Source: Candidatus Cryosericum sp.
GTDB lineage: Bacteria; Caldisericota; Caldisericia; Cryosericales; Cryosericaceae
Length of the DNA: 12,788 nt
Direction of reading: 5' to 3'
NCBI GenBank assembly: GCA_049699855.1
Contig: JBNAWM010000041.1
Location: forward strand, 1 to 12,788
The notes below the pieces were generated by a model. The model worked only from the letters and a program-made list of their open reading frames with translations. It had not been told where the DNA came from and did not search any database. The translations under genes and the position numbers were made by a program. Shown here one piece after another: positions 1-7,810 of this stretch. Within the stretch, counting starts at the first letter, position 1, and every line of letters starts with the position of its first letter.

Positions 1-1837
1 ACGCAAAGCGTTCGATGTCTAGACCTGGGAAGAGGTGACTGGTCGTGCCCAGCAATTCGATTTCAGCTCCTTGAGCTCGTCGCAGACAAACTGTCTGAAA
101 CGGGTCAAGGTGAAGAGCGGTTGCTCCGGCAAGCAACTTCCCATCGTTATAGTACGTACCCGGTTCCAGATCGACCATGGTGGGCCGTCCTCCGAGATTT
201 GCCGCGACAACGAACGTACTGCTGTTGGCATCCAAGGTGATGCGCCACGCCTCACCCATCTGCCTCGCTTCGACAAGTGTCTTGGAGGAGACAGGGAACT
301 GTGAGAGATACAGTCTCAGCTGGTCGTCGGAATAGGCTGAAATGTCGTCGGATGTGAAAAGCAGCCCCCCAAGGGCTTGATTGAGCAGAAACAGCGTGTG
401 ACGCTGTTCCTGGGTCAGGCTGTTCCCGGTCGTTCGAAGAATGCTTACATCAGGATCGTTCCAGAATACCGTTCCATTCAAATGCCGTCTGCCAATGGTG
501 TTTCGCAGTGCAGCAACCGTGGACACGCGCTCCCGATAGTGCACTGCAGCAAGGAGGCGGTCCTCCCATTTTGGCGAAACATCTCCGCCGATGCGGCAGA
601 AATCGACCTGGCCAAATGCAGAGCCAAGCGGGACACCACACGCAAGGATCAGGCCCTGTCCGGCAATACTCCGCAGGAATTGCATGGACTCGGACATCAC
701 CTGTCCCCGTGTCATGCCCTCCGGGGGTTTTCGACAGGCTGCGTAGAGAAAGTCCAGCTTGACGAGGTCGAAATGCCATTGGTTCAGAACAAGGTCAAAA
801 ACCTCGGTAAGGTATGACTGGACTGCGGGATTGGAGAAGTCGAGCGAGTAGAAGAAGCCACTCCATCCGGGATTATGTCCAGCCTTCACAAGGGTTCCAT
901 CACCGTTCCTCAGAAACCAGTCTGGATGGTCATGCAGGAGTTCGGACTTCTCTTCGGCGATGAATGGTGCCAGCCACAGGCCGGCTTTGTACCCGCGTTT
1001 ATGGATCTCGTCAGCCAAAGTACCCATGCCACCGGGAAATCTTGAATTTGTCTTCAGCCAGTCTCCCACCGCGTGTTCCCACCCATCATCGATCTGAACG
1101 ACATCGAGAGGGACTCGGTGACTGCTGAGTGCCTCAAGGTTGTGGAGGATGATTTCGGGAGTGATGTCGGTGTAGTAGTTGTACCAGCTTGTCCATCCAG
1201 TCAGAGGCGGGGTTCGAAGGGGAGGAAGTTGAAGAAGGTTGAAGTAGCTGCCAAAGGTATCGGCATCCGTTCCTTCTCCCATGAAGACATCATAGAGGAG
1301 ATACGAGCCCGTGGGCGCAACGCCGCCGCATTCTTTCTGAAGCGTCACTCTGCCGGCGGAAGCCGTGACGGTGACCAGCGTCATGCCCGTCCTTTCCGAC
1401 AGCGAGCCAAACAAGGTCAGGCGATCCGGCTCAGTACGCACATAGCCATACGTCCAGCCGTGGAATCTTCCCGGGAAGCCGGGATTGGTGACAAACTCGT
1501 AGTCGCCGTACATGGAGCACCGCGAGCGGGCCAACCTGTTGAGAGGCGCAATACGCTCTCTTGGGGCCAGTTCGCGAGACTCTGTCCAGGTCTGATAACC
1601 GTTCACGAAAATGCGGCTCGTCGCCGGAATGAGAAGGGGAACTCGTAACTCAGCTGTGAGCAGTTTCACTGGCATTCGAGGTTCCACCGTGATTGTCCAC
1701 CGTTCTCCCGGGCCAGCGGCAGTGACAACGGGCGCAATGACAAGGTCGTCGTTCTGGGATGGTTTGTCGAGGTTGAAATCGATGGTTGCGACAACCCCTT
1801 CCCGCCGGTAGGTGAGTTTTCCGCGCACGTTCTCCAT
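1..1837 (-). CDS. Alpha-galactosidase, glycoside hydrolase family 36 (Thermotoga GalA-like); 3' end lies beyond the left edge of the window (at least 612 codons)
   Basis: Translated by hand. ATG at 1837 follows GGAGG (ACGGAGGATTAGC-ATG), 1 nt after the galK stop. One frame carries FVNGYQTW, GWTSWYNYY, VQIDDGW, GLWLAPF, LVKLDFLY (nucleophile Asp, 752-754), CRIGGD (acid/base Asp) and NDPD, and is still open at the edge (...FPGLDIERFA). Confidence 0.92.
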   Translation of the reverse strand, partial: MENVRGKLTYRREGVVATIDFNLDKPSQNDDLVIAPVVTAAGPGERWTITVEPRMPVKLLTAELRVPLLIPATSRIFVNGYQTWTESRELAPRERIAPLNRLARSRCSMYGDYEFVTNPGFPGRFHGWTYGYVRTEPDRLTLFGSLSERTGMTLVTVTASAGRVTLQKECGGVAPTGSYLLYDVFMGEGTDADTFGSYFNLLQLPPLRTPPLTGWTSWYNYYTDITPEIILHNLEALSSHRVPLDVVQIDDGWEHAVGDWLKTNSRFPGGMGTLADEIHKRGYKAGLWLAPFIAEEKSELLHDHPDWFLRNGDGTLVKAGHNPGWSGFFYSLDFSNPAVQSYLTEVFDLVLNQWHFDLVKLDFLYAACRKPPEGMTRGQVMSESMQFLRSIAGQGLILACGVPLGSAFGQVDFCRIGGDVSPKWEDRLLAAVHYRERVSTVAALRNTIGRRHLNGTVFWNDPDVSILRTTGNSLTQEQRHTLFLLNQALGGLLFTSDDISAYSDDQLRLYLSQFPVSSKTLVEARQMGEAWRITLDANSSTFVVAANLGGRPTMVDLEPGTYYNDGKLLAGATALHLDPFQTVCLRRAQGAEIELLGTTSHLFPGLDIERFA

Positions 1838-1838
1838 G

Positions 1839-3005
1839 CTAATCCTCCGTCTCCACTTCGTGCACGCCGTTTGCCGCGCGTGTCACGTAGAAGGCAGGTT
1901 CGAGGTTGGTCGCCGCAACGTACCCAGCTTGAACCGATACGGTGAAGGCCGGCATCGCTTCCTGGTGGACGAGAGCGATGGCACAACCGCCAAATCCAGC
2001 CCCTGTCATGCGTGCTCCAAGGCATCCCGGTGCTTGAAGTGCTGCGTTCACGATGGCATCAAGATGAGGCCCCGTGACCTCATAGTCATCACGGAGAGAA
2101 ACATGAGATGCCGTCAGAAGCTCGCCGAACGTCTTCAGGTCCCCGTCCGCGAGAACCCGGACCGCCTTGTCTACCCGTGCCTGTTCAGAGATCACGTGGC
2201 GTGCTCTTCGCAGAAGGACAGGATCTGAGACGTGTGCCGTCACCTGACTCCACGAGGCGTGGGCAAGTCCATCGCGGGGTGCTTCGGCTCCAAGCAGTTC
2301 AAGCACGGCGTCACACTCTGCCCTTCGCTCGTTGTACTTCGAATCGGCCAGCTTTCGCTGCCACCGCGTGTCCATGATCGCCAGCACGTAATCCCCCAGC
2401 ACGAGCGGAACGTAGCTGTACTGATGGGAATCACAGTTGAGCACCATGGCATGGTCCTGCCTGCCCAGCGCGACAGCAAACTGGTCCATGATGCCGCAGT
2501 TGACACCGACAAACTGGTTCTCGACCTTTTGTGAGAGGAGGGCAATTGCCGCAAGATCGATGGGCGCATGGCCGGCCAGAGAAAGGAAGGAGAAGGCTGT
2601 CAGCACTTCCATGGCGGCGGATGAGGAAAGGCCGGCCCCCTGGGGCAGGTCGGAGGTAAACAGAACGTCGGCTCCGGGGACATCAATGTTCTGGAGCAGA
2701 AGTTCTCTGATGACTCCAGCTGGATAGTTGCCCCATCCGCGTGCGGGGTCTGGGTCAATGGGCTGGGTCAGGTCGAGGTCCACTGCCAGGGCATCTCCCT
2801 TGGAACGCATGCACACGTGGCGGTCAGAGCGCAAGCGGCACGTAGCGGTGATTCCGAGGTTGACGGCCGCTGGCATGACCAGACCGCCGTTGTAGTCGAT
2901 GTGCTCGCCAATGAGATTGACTCTCCCTGGGGCAAAAAAGGTGCGAAGCGCCCCCGGAGCCCTTCCGTAGGCCTGCTGAAAGGCTTCTTTGATTTCATTC
3001 CGCAT
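1839..3005 (-). CDS. galK: Galactokinase (GHMP kinase), 388 aa
   Basis: Motifs APGRVNLIGEHIDYNGG, PQGAGLSSSA, CGIMDQF, GARMTGAGFGG. Start moved from 3044 to ATG 3005 (MRNEIK), which follows GGAGGAG and lies 2 nt after the galT stop. Confidence 0.96.
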   Translation of the reverse strand: MRNEIKEAFQQAYGRAPGALRTFFAPGRVNLIGEHIDYNGGLVMPAAVNLGITATCRLRSDRHVCMRSKGDALAVDLDLTQPIDPDPARGWGNYPAGVIRELLLQNIDVPGADVLFTSDLPQGAGLSSSAAMEVLTAFSFLSLAGHAPIDLAAIALLSQKVENQFVGVNCGIMDQFAVALGRQDHAMVLNCDSHQYSYVPLVLGDYVLAIMDTRWQRKLADSKYNERRAECDAVLELLGAEAPRDGLAHASWSQVTAHVSDPVLLRRARHVISEQARVDKAVRVLADGDLKTFGELLTASHVSLRDDYEVTGPHLDAIVNAALQAPGCLGARMTGAGFGGCAIALVHQEAMPAFTVSVQAGYVAATNLEPAFYVTRAANGVHEVETED

Positions 3006-3007
3006 GG

Positions 3008-3997
3008 CTATGGCTCCTCCTGCATCTGCGCAAACCTTTGACAAGCGTCAGCAAGGGCAGGCGCCGTCTCTTCTACCCGCACGGGGTTGGCCGCTGCCCA
3101 GGCTCCCATCTCGGAGGAAGCATAGTACTTGACGGTTGTGGCGTTGCGCAGCGGAGGATAGAACTCAATGTGGAAGTGATAGTATTGGTCGCAGCCGGCA
3201 TCCTCAGGGCTGTTTACAGGAGCTTGATGGATGCACATCATGTAGGGGAAGCGACGATTGAACAAGAGATCGAAGCCCCCGGTGAGTGTCTTCAGGATGC
3301 GGGCCAGGTCGGTTTGTTCCGAGGCCGTGAAGTCCATGAACGACTGCTTATGGGCACGGCTGGTCACGAACACGCCATAGGGGTAATCCGTGAATGAGGG
3401 AATGAACGCTACAAAACTCTCATTCGAGAGGATGATGCGGCGGCCGTCCGACAGTTCGTTCGCGGTCAAGTCGCAGAAAAGGCAGCTTCCGTGCTCATCG
3501 TGCCAAGCACGGGCGCTGTCAAGCTCGGTCCGTATCTTGAGAGGGACATATGGGTAGGCATAGATCTGGCCGTGAGGATGCAGCATGGTCACGCCAACTT
3601 CCTCTCCACGGTTTTCAAATGGGAAGATGTACTTGATGCGAGGGTCGGCAGCAAGGACACGCTGGCGCTCAGTCCACAGTTCGACAAGACGCGTGATGTG
3701 GGCAATGCTCAGGTCATGCAGACTGGCATTGTGATCGGAGGAATACAGGATTACCTCGCATTTGCCATAGTTGGGAGCGACAGGAGAAAGCTCGGTACCC
3801 ACGGGATCCGGAGGCCCTGGGTCGAGTGTCAGCGCCGGAAAATCGTTGTCGTACTCCAGGACGTCATAGGCATCAGGCACCCTTCCCGATCCCGGACAGA
3901 AAGGACAGCCATCGACCCGTAGATTTGGTCGAGCCTGCCTGTTACTGGCCACCATTGTCCACGTACGAAGAAGCGGGTTCCATCGCAATTCTGCCAT
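3008..3997 (-). CDS. galT: Galactose-1-phosphate uridylyltransferase (class I), 329 aa
   Basis: ELRWNPL, CPFCPG zinc motif, NDFPAL, FENRGEEVG, active-site HPHGQ, YHFHIEFYPP; RBS AGGAGG upstream. Confidence 0.96.
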   Translation of the reverse strand: MAELRWNPLLRTWTMVASNRQARPNLRVDGCPFCPGSGRVPDAYDVLEYDNDFPALTLDPGPPDPVGTELSPVAPNYGKCEVILYSSDHNASLHDLSIAHITRLVELWTERQRVLAADPRIKYIFPFENRGEEVGVTMLHPHGQIYAYPYVPLKIRTELDSARAWHDEHGSCLFCDLTANELSDGRRIILSNESFVAFIPSFTDYPYGVFVTSRAHKQSFMDFTASEQTDLARILKTLTGGFDLLFNRRFPYMMCIHQAPVNSPEDAGCDQYYHFHIEFYPPLRNATTVKYYASSEMGAWAAANPVRVEETAPALADACQRFAQMQEEP

Positions 3998-4046
3998 TGT
4001 TTTCCTCCTGTTGTCCTGCCGTGCGCCTTCTAAGACTCCATGCTGC

Positions 4047-4075
4047 AGTATAGCCCAACCGCTTCATTCGTACAG
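4047..4075 (-). promoter_or_regulatory. Possible sigma70-type promoter for galT-galK-GH36
   Basis: TATACT on the minus strand (4047-4052) about 50 nt before the galT ATG; the hexamer 17 bp upstream (CTGTAC) is a poor -35. Confidence 0.35.
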
Positions 4076-4091
4076 CTTCGGCGGTCTTGTC

Positions 4092-4120
4092 TTGTTCAGA
4101 CGGTATGGGCGGACTATACT
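4092..4120 (+). promoter_or_regulatory. Predicted sigma70-type promoter for galE
   Basis: TTGTTC (4092-4097) - 17 bp - TATACT (4115-4120); GGAGG at 4152-4156. Confidence 0.55.
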
Positions 4121-4161
4121 CAATGTGTATCATGACAACTGCTGAAGGGCTGGAGGTACTG

Positions 4162-5145
4162 ATGAACGGAACAGTTCTAGTGACAGGCGGGGCGGGGTAC
4201 ATTGGGTCGCATACAGTGCGGAGATTGTTGCACAACGGGTATCAGGTTGCGGTGCTGGACAATCTCTCGAAGGGGCACCGATGGGCGGTTCCGGCTGACG
4301 TGTCGCTCATTGTCGGCGATATTGCCGACACTGCCCAGGTCGCCATGACGATCAGGCAGTTGCATGTGACAAGCGTCATTCATTTTGCGGCGTTCAGTCT
4401 GGTGGGCGAGTCCATGATCGAACCGCGCGCGTACTATGCCAACAATGTTGCAGGCACACTGCATCTGCTTGATGCTCTGCGCGTGGCAGGGGTGGACAGG
4501 ATTGTCTTCTCAAGCTCGGCGGCTGTCTACGGAGAGCCCGCCAGGGTTCCAATTGATGAAGACAGCCCGCTCACACCGACAAGCGTCTACGGCCGCACGA
4601 AGATGGTCATCGAAGGAATCCTGCACGATTACGCGGTTGCTTACGGTCTCCGCTCTGTCTCGTTAAGATACTTCAATGCTGCCGGGGCTGACTCGCAAGG
4701 TGGCATCGGTGAGGACCATGATCCGGAGACGCACCTGATACCACTGGTTCTTCAGGCCGCAGCAGGCCGCAGGCCATCCGTGAGCATCTATGGAGATGAT
4801 TACCCGACCAGCGACGGCACCTGCATTCGCGACTACATCCATGTAAACGATCTTGCGGATGCACACATCCTCGCCCTGGAGTCGCTCGAGCGACAGGTCG
4901 AGGCAACCTACAACCTTGGGAACGGCGAAGGGTTCTCGGTGAAGCAGATTGTCGAAACTGCCCAGCGTGTTACAGGCCGAGAAATCCCTGTTGTTCATGC
5001 GCCACGCCGTGCTGGAGACCCCGCCGTCCTGGTGGCGAGCAATGCCCGAGCCCGTCGCGAGCTGGGATGGGCGCCCCAGTTGACCGACCTTGAGGCCATT
5101 GTACAGACAGCCTGGGATTGGGAGCTCCATCGACCCATCTCTTAG
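4162..5145 (+). CDS. galE: UDP-glucose 4-epimerase, 327 aa
   Basis: TGGAGYIG Rossmann motif, HFAA, VGES, FSSSAAVYG, YGRTK (YxxxK), LRYFNAAGA, RDYIHV. Start set at ATG 4162 after GGAGG rather than TTG 4087. Confidence 0.96.
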   Translation: MNGTVLVTGGAGYIGSHTVRRLLHNGYQVAVLDNLSKGHRWAVPADVSLIVGDIADTAQVAMTIRQLHVTSVIHFAAFSLVGESMIEPRAYYANNVAGTLHLLDALRVAGVDRIVFSSSAAVYGEPARVPIDEDSPLTPTSVYGRTKMVIEGILHDYAVAYGLRSVSLRYFNAAGADSQGGIGEDHDPETHLIPLVLQAAAGRRPSVSIYGDDYPTSDGTCIRDYIHVNDLADAHILALESLERQVEATYNLGNGEGFSVKQIVETAQRVTGREIPVVHAPRRAGDPAVLVASNARARRELGWAPQLTDLEAIVQTAWDWELHRPIS

Positions 5146-5183
5146 TTGATCAGATCCCGTGAACGTCTTTCCTTCGTTCCCGT

Positions 5184-5211
5184 TTGACGAGGGCACATAA
5201 CATCCTAGAAT
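5184..5211 (+). promoter_or_regulatory. Predicted sigma70-type promoter for the Na/Pi cotransporter
   Basis: TTGACG (5184-5189) - 16 bp - TAGAAT (5206-5211); GGAGG at 5253-5257. Confidence 0.6.
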
Positions 5212-5262
5212 GAAGTGGCTCCGATAGTGGGCCGACCTGAAAACTGACTTTCGGAGGAATAA

Positions 5263-6879
5263 ATGCGCGGGCAGTACGTCTCCTTAGCCATGAATCTCGT
5301 CATCGGCCTCTCCTTCTTCCTGTACGGCATGAAACTGCTTGGGGATGGGCTTCAGAAGGCGGCTGGAGACTCGCTCAGGCGCATCCTTCAGACTCTCACC
5401 AACAAACCCATCCGTGGTGTCGTTGTCGGCATGATCGTCACTGCGATCATTCAAAGCAGCAGCGCTACCACCGTGATGATTGTTGGTTTTGCGAATGCTG
5501 GGCTCATGACCTTGAGGCAAGCCATGGGCGTCATCTTTGGAGCCAACATAGGCACGACGATCACCGCCCAGATTATCGTGCTCAAGCTGGACAAGTTTGT
5601 GTGGCTCTTCATGCTGGTGGGCGTCATGATGGAGTTTTTCGTGAAGCGCAAGACCAGCAAGGCAGTGGGCGAAGCCATCCTTGGCTTTGGCATCCTGTTC
5701 TTTGGTCTATATTTCATGGCGGACACCCTTGCACCACTCAGAGACAATCAGAGCTTCATCAACTTCCTCGTGCGTTTCGGACAAGTTCCCGTTCTGGGTG
5801 TCGGTGCCGGAGCGGTCTTTACCGCAGTTATCCAGAGTTCCTCGGTAACCACCAGCCTGGTTGTTGCGCTCGCCATGAAGGGCATGATTACGTTGCCCTC
5901 AGCCATTGCGCTGGTCCTGGGCGCCAATATCGGAACGACCGTTACTGCGGCAATCGCCAGTCTCGGGGGCAATATTACCAGCAAACGGGCCGCCCTCACC
6001 CATTTCCTGTTCAACACGATGGGTACCGTTCTCATGTTTCCCTTTCTCAAGCCGTTTGCCAAGCTTGTGGAGCTGACAGCATCGACACTGCCGCACCAGG
6101 TGGCCAATGCGCACACAATCTTCAACGTTCTTATGACAGCTGTTGCTCTTGTTTTTATCAGTCCATTCGAGAAACTGGTCGTCCATCTTCTGCCCTCCAG
6201 TGAAAAGCAGATCGAGACCAGGGTGGTTCAGTTCATCGATGATCGGGTGCTTGTGACTCCGTCAGTTGCTCTTTCGCAGGCGACGCAGGAGCTCTATCGC
6301 ATGGGCCACATTGCATATGAGATGGTCGACAACTGCAGAACTGCCCTCTTTCAGAACCGCATGAGCCTGTTGGAGAATGTTCTTGGGAACGAGGATCTGG
6401 TGAACTCGATGCAGAGGGAGATTACCGGATACCTCACGAAGATCACAGAGCACGATCTCTCCGAGGCGCAGGGTACCCGTGTCATGGCCTTGATGCATGC
6501 AGTCAATGACATCGAACGAGTGGGCGACCACGCAACCAACCTCGTGGAGCTCATTCAGATCAAGGACGACAAGAGGCTTAAATTCAATACGGCGACACAG
6601 GAAGACCTGAAGGAAGAGTTCGATCACGTTCTGAAGACGCTGGATGAGGCCATGGATGCGCTCAGGGACTACGATGTCGAGCGAGCCCACCGGGTCAAGG
6701 AAATGGAAGACCGCTGCGACTTGATGACGAAGGAATGCATGTCCCGCAACATTGCCCGGCTCAATGCGCACGAAGTGGACCCTCAAGTGGGTGTCGTTGT
6801 CGTCGACCTGTTCACCAACCTCGAGCGCATCTCAGACCACTCTGACAACATCGCCGACGTCGTTCTGGGCGTGTACTAG
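5263..6879 (+). CDS. Na+/phosphate cotransporter family protein (NptA/YjbB-like) with C-terminal PhoU domains, 538 aa
   Basis: Two internal repeats each with QSSS and GANIGTT; hydrophobic N-terminal ~310 aa; soluble C-terminus with PhoU-type DIERVGDHATNL and LERISDHSDNIA. Confidence 0.93.
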   Translation: MRGQYVSLAMNLVIGLSFFLYGMKLLGDGLQKAAGDSLRRILQTLTNKPIRGVVVGMIVTAIIQSSSATTVMIVGFANAGLMTLRQAMGVIFGANIGTTITAQIIVLKLDKFVWLFMLVGVMMEFFVKRKTSKAVGEAILGFGILFFGLYFMADTLAPLRDNQSFINFLVRFGQVPVLGVGAGAVFTAVIQSSSVTTSLVVALAMKGMITLPSAIALVLGANIGTTVTAAIASLGGNITSKRAALTHFLFNTMGTVLMFPFLKPFAKLVELTASTLPHQVANAHTIFNVLMTAVALVFISPFEKLVVHLLPSSEKQIETRVVQFIDDRVLVTPSVALSQATQELYRMGHIAYEMVDNCRTALFQNRMSLLENVLGNEDLVNSMQREITGYLTKITEHDLSEAQGTRVMALMHAVNDIERVGDHATNLVELIQIKDDKRLKFNTATQEDLKEEFDHVLKTLDEAMDALRDYDVERAHRVKEMEDRCDLMTKECMSRNIARLNAHEVDPQVGVVVVDLFTNLERISDHSDNIADVVLGVY

Positions 6880-6940
6880 AGACGCAGAGAGTCGCTGGAT
6901 ACCGTCCCACCTGCGGTTCCTCAGGAACACCGAAGGGTGA

Positions 6941-7810
6941 CTATGTCGTGTTGTTTCCGGGAGAGAGCGTCATTGCCCGCAGGTCCTTTGCATTCTGAAC
7001 CGCCTGACCACGATGGCAGTTGTTGGTCATGATGAACATCAGCGGAGCATGTGAAGCCATCGTCTGAATGGCAGGCAGTATCTGCTCGAGTTCCTGGCGG
7101 GAATAAAGGTAGTCATACCGCTCTTCACGACTGGCACCAAACCAGTGTGGATTGCGTCCATGCAGTCTTAGATAGGCGACGTCGCTGGTTACGGCAGGGA
7201 CCAGGGGCAGGAGATTGCGCAGCTGCGGTTCGTCGACGGCAACATAGCCCAGATGTTCCTGCCTGAGAAAAGTCAGGGCATTGTTTTCATGCCAGCTTTG
7301 GTCGCGAAACTCGATGGAGAGAGAAAGGCGGGGCAGCAGGTCGCGTGTCACGAGGAGAAGTCTGCGATTCTCAGGCGTGTCGTGAAACCAAGGCGGGTAC
7401 TGCAGAACGACCGTTCCAAGGCGGCCGGCATCGGCCATGGGAGCGACAGCCTCCCAGAATGCCATAAAGGATGGTGCCAGCTGTGCCGTGGTCTTGAGCC
7501 CCTGCTTCAGATCAGGAAAAGAAGGTCCTCCGGAGGAGGCCGGCTTCATGACATTCCAGATGTCGTGTGTCATGCTTCTGTGTGCTTTCACGGTAAAGAG
7601 AAAGCCTGGCGGCGTCTTCTGCATGAGCGCCTGGACCAGTGGAACCGTAGGCATGTGATAGAAACTGCTGTCCAGTTCAACTGCCGTGAAACCCAGGGTG
7701 CGCGCATAGTAGACAAGATAGAGCGATGGGCGCAGGTTGGGTGGGTAAACAGTGCCTCTCCAGTCGGGAAATGAGTATCCGCAGGTGCCAATGCGCAGAT
7801 CTGTATTCAT
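6941..7810 (-). CDS. DUF72 (YecE/YunF-like) TIM-barrel protein, 289 aa
   Basis: IGTCGYSFPDWRG..YP, VELDSSFY, FTVKA, LQYPPWF, EFRDQSW, VDEP, YLRLHGRN, RYDYLYS..EL, NNCHRGQAVQNA. ATG overlaps the upstream TGA (ATGA, 7807-7810); RBS AGAGGAG. Confidence 0.92.
   Translation of the reverse strand: MNTDLRIGTCGYSFPDWRGTVYPPNLRPSLYLVYYARTLGFTAVELDSSFYHMPTVPLVQALMQKTPPGFLFTVKAHRSMTHDIWNVMKPASSGGPSFPDLKQGLKTTAQLAPSFMAFWEAVAPMADAGRLGTVVLQYPPWFHDTPENRRLLLVTRDLLPRLSLSIEFRDQSWHENNALTFLRQEHLGYVAVDEPQLRNLLPLVPAVTSDVAYLRLHGRNPHWFGASREERYDYLYSRQELEQILPAIQTMASHAPLMFIMTNNCHRGQAVQNAKDLRAMTLSPGNNTT

Noticed and set aside
19..1811. Short ORFs listed in the track across 19-1811
   Set aside because: All overlap the continuous GH36 frame, which the track omitted, probably because it has no stop inside the window.
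5146..5262. Pho box or riboswitch upstream of the Na/Pi cotransporter
   Set aside because: No 11-bp-period direct repeat resembling a Pho box, and the predicted leader is only about 45 nt.
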